A DNA stretch of 64,000 nt from Candidatus Margulisiibacteriota bacterium (GCA_025453605.1 JALOPZ010000002.1:132631-196630); one strand, 5' to 3'; positions 16,845-26,122 are shown, counted from the first letter of the stretch. Program-made: numbers and translations. The notes: generated by a model from the letters alone, not told the origin.

Positions 16845-17270
16845 ATGCGAATGACAGAACGAAAACGTGACTTTGCCCGTCAACTTCGGCAGGACCAGAC
16901 GGCGGCAGAGGAGAAGGCCTGGTCTTTGCTGAGGAATAATCAGATTGGAGGCCTTAAGTTCCGTCGCCAGCATGTGGTCGAGGGCTTTGTGGTTGATTTC
17001 TATTGCCCGCGACTGAAGCTGGCGATCGAGCTCGACGGCGGCGTCCATGATCGTAAGATGAATAAGGATTATGATGAGCTGCGGCAGATAGAATTGGAAT
17101 CGAAAGGAGTCGCTGTCCTTCGGTTTAGGAATGAACAAGTAATGCAAGATGAGAAAATAATCGAAAAGAAAATACTCGCCCTCGCCCCCTGGGAGAGGGC
17201 TGTTAAACGAAAACTAATGAAAAACGAAAACCGGGTGAGGGCTGTTCCTGTCCCCGGGGGTGAGGGCTAA
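16845..17270 (+). CDS. DUF559 (Vsr-like) endonuclease domain protein
   Basis: ARQLRQDQTAAE, KFRRQH, VDFYC, IELDGGVH, VLRFRN motifs; C-terminus encoded by right TIR. Confidence 0.9.
   Translation: MRMTERKRDFARQLRQDQTAAEEKAWSLLRNNQIGGLKFRRQHVVEGFVVDFYCPRLKLAIELDGGVHDRKMNKDYDELRQIELESKGVAVLRFRNEQVMQDEKIIEKKILALAPWERAVKRKLMKNENRVRAVPVPGGEG
17179..17267 (-). repeat. Repeat E (right TIR)
   Basis: Reverse complement aligns along its length with repeat A. Confidence 0.9.
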
Positions 17271-18502
17271 TGCTCCGCCTCGCGCTAAGGAATGTCTTCC
17301 GCAACAAGCGCCGGTCGTTCCTGACCGGGCTGTCGATCGCGGTGGCGGTGATGATCGCCGTCTACCTCTGGTCGCTGGTCAGCGGCATCCTCGACGACAT
17401 GTTCGACAACATGGTCCGGCTCAACAACGGCCACGTCCGCGTCCTCAACAAGAATTACGTCAAGCGCGAACGGATGATGCCGCTGGGAGAAAATATCCCC
17501 GATTACCGGGCGATCAGCCAGGCGGCGCAAGACGCGCCCAATGTCACTCTGGCGGTCGGGCGGATCAAATTCGGCATCCTCCTGGAAAATCAGGACAAAA
17601 GCAAACCGGTCTTTGCCAACGGGATCGTTCCCGAAACGGAAAGCCGGATCTCCCACCTTGACCAGAAGATCGTCGAGGGCCGGCTGATCCAGGCGGGGGA
17701 GGCGGAGATGAACATCGGCGTCAACCTGGCGCGCGACCTCGACCTTAAAGTCGGCGACACCCTGACAGTGCTGACCCAGACCGCTTACGGCTCCGTTGCC
17801 GCCCTGAATCTGAAAATTGTCGGCATCTTCAGCTTTGGCGTACAGAGCATCGATAAGTCGACCGTCTACATCCCGCTGGATAAAACGCAGCAACTGCTCG
17901 ATCTGGATAACCGGGTGACCGAGATCTTCGTCTTTATCAGGGAGATGAATCGGTCGCGGCCAGCCGCCAGGGAGATCCAGGCCATTTTGGACCGGGATTT
18001 CCCCGGACAGTATTTGGCCAGAGCCTGGCAGGATGAGGGGATAATATATTTCTACATGACCTGGGCGAGATACGCGTACGCTTTTCTCTATTTTCTGGTC
18101 CTCTTCCTCTCCAGCTTCACGATCCTTAACACGATGTTCATGTCGGTCCTGGAACGGACGCACGAGATCGGGATGATGAAAGCGCTCGGGATGAAGGACC
18201 GGCAGGTGATGTGGGTGATCGTGCTGGAGGCGCTGCTGATCGGCGGGATCGCCAGCGTGATCGGCGCGGCCTGGGGCGCCGGTATCGCCTATTATTTGGC
18301 TACTGTCGGGATCGATTTCACCAAGACCTTTGACCAGATGGGGCGGATCAACCTGCCGATCTCCTACGTTTACCGGGCAATTTTCAGCTGGGGGATAATT
18401 TCCTTCGGCTTGGGCATGGGGATTTTGTTCTCGGCATTGGCGGCGGTGCCGCCCGCCCTGCGCGCGGCGCGGCTGGAGCCGACCGAGGCCTTGAGGGAGT
18501 AG
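17270..18502 (+). CDS. ABC transporter permease (LolC/E, FtsX-type)
   Basis: LALRNVFRNKRRS, ERTHEIGMMKALG, AARLEPTEALRE. Confidence 0.92.
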   Translation: MLRLALRNVFRNKRRSFLTGLSIAVAVMIAVYLWSLVSGILDDMFDNMVRLNNGHVRVLNKNYVKRERMMPLGENIPDYRAISQAAQDAPNVTLAVGRIKFGILLENQDKSKPVFANGIVPETESRISHLDQKIVEGRLIQAGEAEMNIGVNLARDLDLKVGDTLTVLTQTAYGSVAALNLKIVGIFSFGVQSIDKSTVYIPLDKTQQLLDLDNRVTEIFVFIREMNRSRPAAREIQAILDRDFPGQYLARAWQDEGIIYFYMTWARYAYAFLYFLVLFLSSFTILNTMFMSVLERTHEIGMMKALGMKDRQVMWVIVLEALLIGGIASVIGAAWGAGIAYYLATVGIDFTKTFDQMGRINLPISYVYRAIFSWGIISFGLGMGILFSALAAVPPALRAARLEPTEALRE

Positions 18503-18511
18503 GAGGTAAAC

Positions 18512-19198
18512 ATGGCGCTCGTTAAAATGGAGAACGCGGTCAAGAATTATAAGGTGGGCAAGGTAGAGGTCCCGGCTTTGCGGGGGATAACACTGTCAAT
18601 CGAAAAGGGGGACTTTGCAGCGATCGCCGGGCCGTCGGGCTCCGGTAAGACGACGATGCTCAACCTTTTTGGTTGTCTGGACAAACCGACCGGCGGCAAA
18701 GTGTACATTGAGGAACACGATATCATCACCCTTAAGCCCGACCAACTGGCCGATGTCCGTAACCAGCACATCGGCTTCATCTTCCAGAGCTTCAACCTGA
18801 TCCCGGTCTTGACCGCGTTCGAAAACGTCGAGTTCCCGCTCATCCTGCTCAAAAAACACGGGCCGGGGACGCGGCGGAAAAAAGTCCTGGAGATGCTGGC
18901 GGCGGTCGGGATCGCCGATCTGGCCAACCGCTTGCCCGGCGAGATGAGCGGTGGCCAGCAGCAGCGGGTCGCCATCGCCCGGGCGCTGGTCAAACAGCCG
19001 GATTATGTCCTGGCCGATGAGCCGACAGCCAACATCGATACCAAGACCGGGCACGAGATACTCGAGCTGATGCGGTCGATGAACGAAAAGTTGGGAACAA
19101 CTTTTATCTTTTCCACGCACGACCCAAAGGTCATGGAGATGGCCCGGCGATTGATCACCGTGCGCGACGGTCTGGTCGAGAGCGACGTGCGGCGATGA
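18512..19198 (+). CDS. ABC transporter ATP-binding protein (LolD-like)
   Basis: [24 protein letters not shown]. Confidence 0.95.
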   Translation: MALVKMENAVKNYKVGKVEVPALRGITLSIEKGDFAAIAGPSGSGKTTMLNLFGCLDKPTGGKVYIEEHDIITLKPDQLADVRNQHIGFIFQSFNLIPVLTAFENVEFPLILLKKHGPGTRRKKVLEMLAAVGIADLANRLPGEMSGGQQQRVAIARALVKQPDYVLADEPTANIDTKTGHEILELMRSMNEKLGTTFIFSTHDPKVMEMARRLITVRDGLVESDVRR

Positions 19199-19932
19199 AA
19201 AGGGACTGGCTGGCGCTAATTCTGCTCGGGGGACTGGGAATGGGGGCTTGGGGGATCACCGGGGAACAAATAATCAGGCAGGTCGACTCCAACATGACCT
19301 TTACGACCGCACGCAGCGAATCCAGAATGGTCATCCATGTCGACCAGGAGGTCAGGGAGAAGACCATGCGTTCGTACAGCCGCGGTCAGGAGGCCAGTTA
19401 TTCGGAATTCTTGACGCCGGCGCGCGACCAGGGGGTCAAGTACCTCAAGATCAAAGATAACATGTGGATGTACCTGCCGTCGGTCGACAAGATCATCAAG
19501 ATCTCCGGTGCCATGCTCCGCCAATCGATGATGGGCTCGGACTTCAGTTACGAGGATGCGCTGGAAAGCACAAGGCTGCTGGAAAAGTACGCGGCCACCC
19601 TGGCCGGCGAAGAGACGCTCGGCGGACGCGTCTGCTATATTATCGACCTGACCGCTAAAGTAAAGGAAGTCACTTACTTCAAGCGCCGGGTCTGGATCGA
19701 CAAGGAGCGTTTTATCCCGTTGCGCGAAGAGCTGTTTGCCCTGTCGGGGAAGAAGCTGAAGGAGATGACGCTGGGCGAGGTCAAACGGTTCGGCCGCCGC
19801 TACTATCCGACCTATCTGACGATGCGCAATCTCCTGCGGGCCAATTCCCGGACCGAGCTGTTCACTACCAGGATCGAGTTTGATATCGCGGTCGATCCGA
19901 AAGTCTTTACCCAGGGCAATTTAACCAAATGA
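19195..19932 (+). CDS. Outer-membrane lipoprotein-sorting (LolA-like) protein
   Basis: MWMYLPS...MMGSDFSYED motif; context. Confidence 0.85.
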   Translation: MKRDWLALILLGGLGMGAWGITGEQIIRQVDSNMTFTTARSESRMVIHVDQEVREKTMRSYSRGQEASYSEFLTPARDQGVKYLKIKDNMWMYLPSVDKIIKISGAMLRQSMMGSDFSYEDALESTRLLEKYAATLAGEETLGGRVCYIIDLTAKVKEVTYFKRRVWIDKERFIPLREELFALSGKKLKEMTLGEVKRFGRRYYPTYLTMRNLLRANSRTELFTTRIEFDIAVDPKVFTQGNLTK

Positions 19933-21011
19933 GGCTTGGACTTTGTTTGTCTCTTGTCTTTTGTCTCTTGGTCATTCAGGCCTCTGCGCTCAGCCTTGGC
20001 GGATCATACGAGAATGACCTCCTGACCCTGCTGCAGAAGGACGGCACTGTTGGGCTGGGTGACCTGAACCGATTACGGCTTAAGTTCGATCATGACTTTT
20101 GCGACCGCCTGACCGTTCACCTGGAACCACGGTACTACGGTTTGCTCAAATCACGGGAGATAGCGATCGCCGGGGCGACCGATCTCGACCAATTGGTTTG
20201 GGACCGGCTGTACGCTAAGTATCGGGCGGAAAACTGGTCGCTGACCGCCGGCAAGCAGCGGATCGCCTGGGGGACAGGATCCATTTGGAACCCGGTCGAT
20301 ATTTTCAACCCGCTGGTCCTCTCCTTTGCTGTCCGCGATGACGACAAGACCAATGTTGAAGCGCTCCGCTGGGAGCTGCCGCTTGGTGAGGCTGGTGGGA
20401 TCGATGCGTTCGTGGTTACCGGGCAACCGTGGGCAGAAACGGGGCGAGGGATAAGAGTGAGGGGGAATACTGGGATGTTTGACCTGGCCTTGAGCTATGT
20501 TGACCAGGGGACGCTCGGCCGGCAGGTCGGTTTCGATCTGGCCGGGGATATCATCAAGGATGTCGGGGTCAGGGGCGAGCTGGCGATCAAGGCCGGTCCA
20601 GATCATAACGGCTATGTGATGCAGGCTGTAGCGGGGGGCGATTATACTCTGGAAAACGGGATTGGGCTGAACGCGGAATATTATTTTAACGGCTTAGGCA
20701 GCCGCAACAGCGGCAGTTATAACTGGGGAACGGCCGAATCGGTCGGGATGGATTACCTTTATTTGAGCGGCAATAAGATCATCGATGAGATCACCACGGT
20801 CACCGTCTCGCTGTTGACCAACCTCGACGACCAGAGCTATCTGATCTACCCGCAGTATTCCCGCAATGTCGGCCAGAACCTTGATCTGTATGTCGAAGGG
20901 ATGTGGCTCGGCGGGCCGGACGGTTCGGAATTTGTCCCCCCGTCCTCAGCTGACCCGCTCGGCTTCGGCGGGAGCAAGATGGCGCTGGCCAGGCTGGTTT
21001 ATTCGTTCTGA
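19929..21011 (+). CDS. Outer-membrane beta-barrel protein
   Basis: Signal peptide; GKQRIAWG...NPVD; C-terminal ARLVYSF beta-signal. Confidence 0.75.
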   Translation: MRLGLCLSLVFCLLVIQASALSLGGSYENDLLTLLQKDGTVGLGDLNRLRLKFDHDFCDRLTVHLEPRYYGLLKSREIAIAGATDLDQLVWDRLYAKYRAENWSLTAGKQRIAWGTGSIWNPVDIFNPLVLSFAVRDDDKTNVEALRWELPLGEAGGIDAFVVTGQPWAETGRGIRVRGNTGMFDLALSYVDQGTLGRQVGFDLAGDIIKDVGVRGELAIKAGPDHNGYVMQAVAGGDYTLENGIGLNAEYYFNGLGSRNSGSYNWGTAESVGMDYLYLSGNKIIDEITTVTVSLLTNLDDQSYLIYPQYSRNVGQNLDLYVEGMWLGGPDGSEFVPPSSADPLGFGGSKMALARLVYSF

Positions 21012-21043
21012 TTGCATTCGAGCGCGGAATAAGAGTAAAATAC

Positions 21044-21127
21044 GGTGGGTCCGGTTGGTAACCGGAGGAATATCCTGATGGTCGGGCCGCCATCTGCGGG
21101 TGCATTGTAGATGGCGGCTTTTATTTA
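21044..21127 (+). ncRNA. Candidate riboswitch (Na+/DUF1646-like) with intrinsic terminator in otsA leader
   Basis: Hairpins CCGGTT-GGT-AACCGG and AGGA-ATA-TCCT, GGTCGGGCCGCC, then terminator GCCGCCATCTGC/GTAGATGGCGGC-TTTTATTT. Confidence 0.5.
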
Positions 21128-21148
21128 TTGATCGGGGGGACGCGATAA

Positions 21149-22618
21149 ATGAACTGGACCAGGGAAAACCTTAAACAACTTATTGTTGACAAGATGAACG
21201 GCTCCCTGCTGGTGGTAGCGTCCAATCGCGAGCCCTACATTCATAACAGCGGCGCCGAAGGGATCAGTTGTATCGTCCCGGCCAGTGGTTTGACAATGGC
21301 CCTTGATCCGGTGCTGCAGGCCTGCGGCGGTGTTTGGGTCGCTCACGGCAGTGGTGATGCTGATCGCGAGGTCGTGGACGAAAAGAACCGGGTCATGGTC
21401 CCACCCGATGATCCCAAATATACTCTGCGGCGTCTCTGGCTCAATAAGACGGAAGAAACCGGGTATTACTACGGCTTCTCCAACGAAACGCTCTGGCCGC
21501 TGTGCCATATTGTTTACAATAAACCAAAATTCGAAGAAGCCGACTGGCTGCATTACAAGTCGGTCAATGAGAAGTTCGCTAAGACCATCCTGGACGAAGT
21601 TGGTGACCAAAAGGCATTTGTTTTCATTCAGGACTATCACTTGACCCTGGTGCCGAAATTACTGCGCGAGGCTAACCCGAACATCAAAACGGCGCTCTTC
21701 TGGCATATTCCCTGGCCCAACCCGGAAGCCTTCCGGATCAATCCCTGGAAAGAGGAGATCCTGCAGGGGATGCTGGGCGCCGACCTGCTCGGTTTTCACA
21801 TCCAGTATCATGTCGATAATTTTCTGAATACCGTTGACCAGACCCTTGAAGTCAGGGTCGACAAAATCGGCTCCTCGGTCGTCGCCGGCGGCCGGGAAAC
21901 GCTCGTGCGGCCGTTCCCGATCAGCATCGATTACGAGCAGATCAGCCGGATCGCCGCCAGCGTCGAAACCGAAAAAGTCATGGCCAGGCTCAGAAAGGAG
22001 TTCGGGGTCAAGTCACAGCTGATCGGCGTCGGGACCGACCGGCTTGATTACACCAAAGGGATACCGGAGCGGATGATCGCCGTCGATAAGTTCCTGGAGA
22101 AATATCCGGAATATATCGGTAAGTTCACTTTCGTCCAGGCCGGGGTCCTGAGCCGGATCCATATCCAGCGCTACAAGGACCTTAACGACGAGATCAATTC
22201 CCTGGTGGAGCGGATCAACTGGAAGTACGCGACCGACCACTGGAAACCGATCGTCCTGGTCCGGCGGCACTTTTCGCCTCAGGAGCTGATCGCCCTGTAC
22301 CGCCTGGCTGACTTGGCGGTGGTTTCTTCCCTGCATGACGGCATGAACCTGGTCGCCAAAGAATTCGTGGCGGCGGCCGAGGCTGGTAAGGGAGTATTGC
22401 TGCTTTCTCGTTTTACCGGGGCGGCCCGCGAATTGACCGAATCGCTGCTGATCAATCCTTACGCGCCCGACGCGTTCGGCGAGGCGATCCGGGCCGCGTT
22501 GGCCATGTCGCCTGACGAAAAAAACAAACGCCTGCAAAAAATGAAGGAACTAGTGGCCGAGAACAATATTTACAAATGGGCCGGGAAGATAATCCAGGCC
22601 TTACTCCGGTTATCGTGA
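21149..22618 (+). CDS. otsA: Trehalose-6-phosphate synthase
   Basis: SNREPY, LWPLCH, QDYHL, WHIPWP, DRLDYTKG, DGMNLVAKE. Confidence 0.95.
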   Translation: MNWTRENLKQLIVDKMNGSLLVVASNREPYIHNSGAEGISCIVPASGLTMALDPVLQACGGVWVAHGSGDADREVVDEKNRVMVPPDDPKYTLRRLWLNKTEETGYYYGFSNETLWPLCHIVYNKPKFEEADWLHYKSVNEKFAKTILDEVGDQKAFVFIQDYHLTLVPKLLREANPNIKTALFWHIPWPNPEAFRINPWKEEILQGMLGADLLGFHIQYHVDNFLNTVDQTLEVRVDKIGSSVVAGGRETLVRPFPISIDYEQISRIAASVETEKVMARLRKEFGVKSQLIGVGTDRLDYTKGIPERMIAVDKFLEKYPEYIGKFTFVQAGVLSRIHIQRYKDLNDEINSLVERINWKYATDHWKPIVLVRRHFSPQELIALYRLADLAVVSSLHDGMNLVAKEFVAAAEAGKGVLLLSRFTGAARELTESLLINPYAPDAFGEAIRAALAMSPDEKNKRLQKMKELVAENNIYKWAGKIIQALLRLS

Positions 22619-23331
22619 AGACGGCGCTTTTTTTGGATTATGACGGGACACTGACGCCGATCGTGGATCATCCGGACCGGGCCAGACTTGGCGCGGTCCG
22701 AAAAAGATTCCTGCGGACCCTGGCCCAAAGGCCGGTGGTGAAGATCGCGATCGTCAGCGGACGCAGCCTGGCCTCGGTCAGAAAGCAGGTTGGCTTGCCC
22801 GGACTGATCTATATCGGCAACCACGGCTTAGAGATCATGCTCGGTAAGCGCCGGGTCGTTGTGCCGGCCGCCAGGCGTTTTGCCAAAACAGTGCGGGAGC
22901 TGAAAACCGTTCTGCACCGGGGGTTACCGTTCCCGGGTGTATTGATCGAGGATAAGGGATACACGATCAGTGTGCATTATCGTAAGGTCCACCGCCGGCA
23001 CTTAAAATCGTTCCGCCAGGCTTTTTTCCGGGCGATCGCTCCCTGGCGCAAGCGGATCAGGGTGACTGCCGGCAAAAAAGTGCTGGAATTAAGGCCGCCG
23101 GGCCTTTGGGGCAAGGGGCGGGCGGTAAAATGGTTATTGCGCCAACCGCAATTAAGAGGTTATCAGCCGGTTTATATCGGTGATGACCGGACCGATGAGG
23201 ACGCCTTTCGGGCTTTGCGCCAGCGCGGTCTGACCTTGCGCGTCGGCCTGACCAGCGCGACCGCCGCGCAAAAATGTTTGCCCGGTATCAGCGGGGTCTA
23301 CCGATATCTGGAGAGGTACCGGCAGCCATGA
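22615..23331 (+). CDS. otsB: Trehalose-6-phosphate phosphatase
   Basis: FLDYDGTL, SGR, HYR, GDDRTDEDAF; GTG start overlapping otsA stop. Confidence 0.93.
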   Translation: MKTALFLDYDGTLTPIVDHPDRARLGAVRKRFLRTLAQRPVVKIAIVSGRSLASVRKQVGLPGLIYIGNHGLEIMLGKRRVVVPAARRFAKTVRELKTVLHRGLPFPGVLIEDKGYTISVHYRKVHRRHLKSFRQAFFRAIAPWRKRIRVTAGKKVLELRPPGLWGKGRAVKWLLRQPQLRGYQPVYIGDDRTDEDAFRALRQRGLTLRVGLTSATAAQKCLPGISGVYRYLERYRQP

Positions 23332-24023
23332 GAGCCGCCGTCCCCTTTATCTTTTATACATCCTCCCAGCTGGTGGAGATCACCGGCCGCCAGGCGACTG
23401 ATCTGGTAGAGCTGGTCGCCGCCCTTAAAGAACTGGATCTTTCAGTCGTCTTTTATCATGTCCACCACGCCTTCCGCGAGCATCAATTCGCGCCGGGAGT
23501 GTACACCAACGATTTTGCCCATTGGGTCGGCCGGGAGCTGGGAGAAGCGGTGCTGGCTGAGAAACTGGCTAATCTCAATATCAAGGAATATGTTGAGCTG
23601 AGCGCTTTGCGCGACGCGCTGGTCGCGATCATCGAATCCTATCTTAAGCTGGGGGGAGAGCTGCGTCACGCCGCGGCTGGCCGGGGTTTTTATTTCTGCA
23701 AGAACATCGGAGTGATCCAGCCGACCCGCTACGTGGCCTGGGACCTCGATGAATTTTGCTCCTTGCTCCACTTGGTCGGGCTCCGGTCACTCTTTTTTCA
23801 TTTTTTTGAGGCCCGGCTCAGGTTGAACCGCCAGAGCAACGATTTTTCCGACTGGATCAAACAGCAGTTCGGTAACGAGCGGCTGGCCAGGCGGATCGAA
23901 GCGCTTGATCCCTATATTTACACGATGGACGAGCTCAGGGACCAGATCGTGGCGCTGATCTGTGGCGGGCGGACCCAGCCGAACTGGTTTGATAAGGTCA
24001 AGATATGGCTAAGCCTAAAATAG
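23328..24023 (+). CDS. DUF5752-like protein
   Basis: Duplicated FYH...NDF..W repeat; lies directly upstream of treT. Confidence 0.7.
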   Translation: MRAAVPFIFYTSSQLVEITGRQATDLVELVAALKELDLSVVFYHVHHAFREHQFAPGVYTNDFAHWVGRELGEAVLAEKLANLNIKEYVELSALRDALVAIIESYLKLGGELRHAAAGRGFYFCKNIGVIQPTRYVAWDLDEFCSLLHLVGLRSLFFHFFEARLRLNRQSNDFSDWIKQQFGNERLARRIEALDPYIYTMDELRDQIVALICGGRTQPNWFDKVKIWLSLK

Positions 24024-25237
24024 AAGAATATGCCCGGGTCATCCGGTCGCAGAATTTTGACGAGATCATGATGCTGGCGGATAAGCTGGCCGGCAAACGG
24101 GTCAAAATGGTCAATGCCACGGCGGTCGGCGGCGGTGTCGCCGAGATCCTAACCCGCGTCGTGCCGCTTTACAACCAGCTTGGCCTCAAGGTCAAGTGGG
24201 AAGTGATCAAAGGGACCGGCGCCTTTTTCGCGGTCACCAAGAATTTCCATAACGCCCTGCACGGCAGCAAGGTGGAGATCGGGGAAAAGGATTTTGCCGT
24301 TTTCAACGAAGCGACCGAAGCCAATTTGGCCGAAATGGATTTTACCGGTGACGATTACGTGATCGTCCATGATCCGCAACCGGCCGGCTTGATCGCGGCC
24401 AAAGAGAAGAGCCAGGCCAAATGGGCCTGGCGTTGCCATATTGACACCGCCCATCCGCAGGCCGACGTCTGGAATTTTCTCCGTCAGCTGATCGTCAAGT
24501 ACGATGCCTCGATCTTCTCGACCCCTTGGTTCGCTCGGGACCTGCCGCACCCGCAGTATTTCATCTATCCGGCGATCGATCCGCTGTCCGAAAAGAACCG
24601 TAATCTATCCCGCCATGAGATCGACACGGTCCTGAATAAATACCAGATCGACCGCAACCGGCCGCTGGTTGTCCAAGTTTCCCGTTTTGACCGGCTCAAG
24701 GACCCGCTCGGGGTGATCGAGACCTACCGCCTGGTCAAGAAGCAAGTTGATTGCCAGCTGGTGCTGGCAGGCGGCGCCGCGGCCGACGACCCGGAAGGGG
24801 TCCAGGTCCTGAACGAAGTGACGGAGGCGGCCAAAGGCGACCCTGACATCCATATTTTAGCGTTGCCGCCGTTCGCCGATCTGGAGGTTAACGCCCTGCA
24901 GCGAGCGGCGACCGTTGTTTTGCAGAAATCACTGCGCGAAGGCTTTGGTTTGACCGTCACGGAAGCGCTCTGGAAAGGTAAGCCGGTGGTCGCTTCCGCC
25001 GTTGGCGGCATCACGCTTCAGGTCATCCACAATTTTACCGGTTTGCTGGTCCACTCGGTCGAGGGGGCGGCATATCAGATCCGCTATCTGATCGGCAATC
25101 CGCAGGTAGCGAAGAAACTGGGTGAATACGGACGGGAGCATGTCCGGGAGAAGTTCCTGATAACCAGAAAATTACGGAATTATTTGCTGTTGTTCATTGC
25201 CCTGGACCATCCCGGGCAAGACATTATTAAACTGTGA
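24005..25237 (+). CDS. treT: Trehalose synthase TreT-type glycosyltransferase
   Basis: NATAVGGGVAEIL, HDPQP, WRCHID, SRFDRLKDP, EGFGLTVTEALWK. Confidence 0.88.
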   Translation: MAKPKIEEYARVIRSQNFDEIMMLADKLAGKRVKMVNATAVGGGVAEILTRVVPLYNQLGLKVKWEVIKGTGAFFAVTKNFHNALHGSKVEIGEKDFAVFNEATEANLAEMDFTGDDYVIVHDPQPAGLIAAKEKSQAKWAWRCHIDTAHPQADVWNFLRQLIVKYDASIFSTPWFARDLPHPQYFIYPAIDPLSEKNRNLSRHEIDTVLNKYQIDRNRPLVVQVSRFDRLKDPLGVIETYRLVKKQVDCQLVLAGGAAADDPEGVQVLNEVTEAAKGDPDIHILALPPFADLEVNALQRAATVVLQKSLREGFGLTVTEALWKGKPVVASAVGGITLQVIHNFTGLLVHSVEGAAYQIRYLIGNPQVAKKLGEYGREHVREKFLITRKLRNYLLLFIALDHPGQDIIKL

Positions 25238-25258
25238 TCAGCGTCCTTACTGGTTCAA

Positions 25259-25287
25259 GGAACTTTTTATCTCCCGCGCTTGTCCAA
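25259..25287 (+). promoter_or_regulatory. ECF-type promoter GGAACT-N17-GTCCAA upstream of ECF sigma
   Basis: Same motif and spacing recurs at 26063. Confidence 0.65.
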
Positions 25288-25295
25288 TATAAGGT

Positions 25296-25799
25296 ATGCC
25301 GCTAGCGATGGACATCCAGGAATTTGACCGGGTCTACAACGATCATAAGGAGCTGGTCTGGCGCCTGGTCACCAGGTATGTGGCCGGGCAGCAGGACCGG
25401 GAGGACCTTTTTCAGGAAGTTTTCCTTAAAATCCACCAGGCTTTGCCGAAGTTCCGCGGCGAATCTGCCCTGGAGACCTGGCTTTACCGGATCACGGTCA
25501 ATACGGCGATCAATTATGTAAAAAAACAGCAAAGATACCGGCTGTTCCACCAATTATTGGCCGGCTTAAGGTTCGAAGAGGCAATTCCGACCTCTGATGT
25601 TGAGGCGACCAATCTGCTCAAGCCATTGGAAAAGCTCAATCCCAGGCAACGAACGGTCCTCCTGCTGGCTGATGTGGAGGAGCGGAAGCTAGAAGAGATC
25701 GGGGCCATGTTACGCCTCCCGGTTGGCACGGTTAAATCGAACCTCAGCCGGGCGCGGGAGATCATCAAAAAGGAGTTGAAGAGAAATGGCGGATTATAA
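25296..25799 (+). CDS. ECF RNA polymerase sigma factor
   Basis: DLFQEVF, WLYRITVN, GTVKSNLSRAR. Confidence 0.93.
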   Translation: MPLAMDIQEFDRVYNDHKELVWRLVTRYVAGQQDREDLFQEVFLKIHQALPKFRGESALETWLYRITVNTAINYVKKQQRYRLFHQLLAGLRFEEAIPTSDVEATNLLKPLEKLNPRQRTVLLLADVEERKLEEIGAMLRLPVGTVKSNLSRAREIIKKELKRNGGL

Positions 25800-26061
25800 C
25801 GGTTACGTTAGCGGGCTGAAAAAGAGCATTGCCGGACCGGACTACGATCGTTTATATCGGGTCATTCAAACTAAAGCAGTCCCCAGGCCGGTCTGGCCGA
25901 CTGCTTTATCGCTGGCCGGTGCGCTGGCCGTTTGCCTGATCGGTTTTGCCCTCAATTATGATTTCGAGCCGGGCGCCAATTCCGAAACGGTTGCCAGCTA
26001 TTTAAACGAGGGGACGGCTATCAACGGCAATGAACTAATGAGTTACGTTTTTCAGGAGTAA
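25786..26061 (+). CDS. Putative anti-sigma factor (single TM)
   Basis: Small TM protein overlapping ECF sigma 3' end. Confidence 0.55.
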   Translation: MADYNGYVSGLKKSIAGPDYDRLYRVIQTKAVPRPVWPTALSLAGALAVCLIGFALNYDFEPGANSETVASYLNEGTAINGNELMSYVFQE

Positions 26062-26062
26062 G

Positions 26063-26091
26063 GGAACCTTTTGCGCTGAGCGCTTGTCTAA
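26063..26091 (+). promoter_or_regulatory. ECF-type promoter GGAACC-N17-GTCTAA upstream of Spy-like gene
   Basis: Matches the 25259 motif. Confidence 0.65.
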
Positions 26092-26122
26092 ATCATTGTC
26101 CGGTCCATTAAGGAGGGGAAAA

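Larger units (their letters stand above)
15540..17267. mobile_element. 1.73-kb island with ~90-bp imperfect terminal inverted repeats and a flanking TA duplication, carrying three genes
   Basis: Ends GCCCTCACCCC.../...GGGGTGAGGGC; TA at 15538-15539 and 17268-17269; AT-rich cargo; interrupts permease pair. Confidence 0.8.

Noticed and set aside
15540..17267. Island repeats as a CRISPR array or integron attC sites
   Set aside because: Repeats alternate in orientation, are separated by whole genes rather than ~35-nt spacers, lack attC core motifs, and no cas or intI gene is present.
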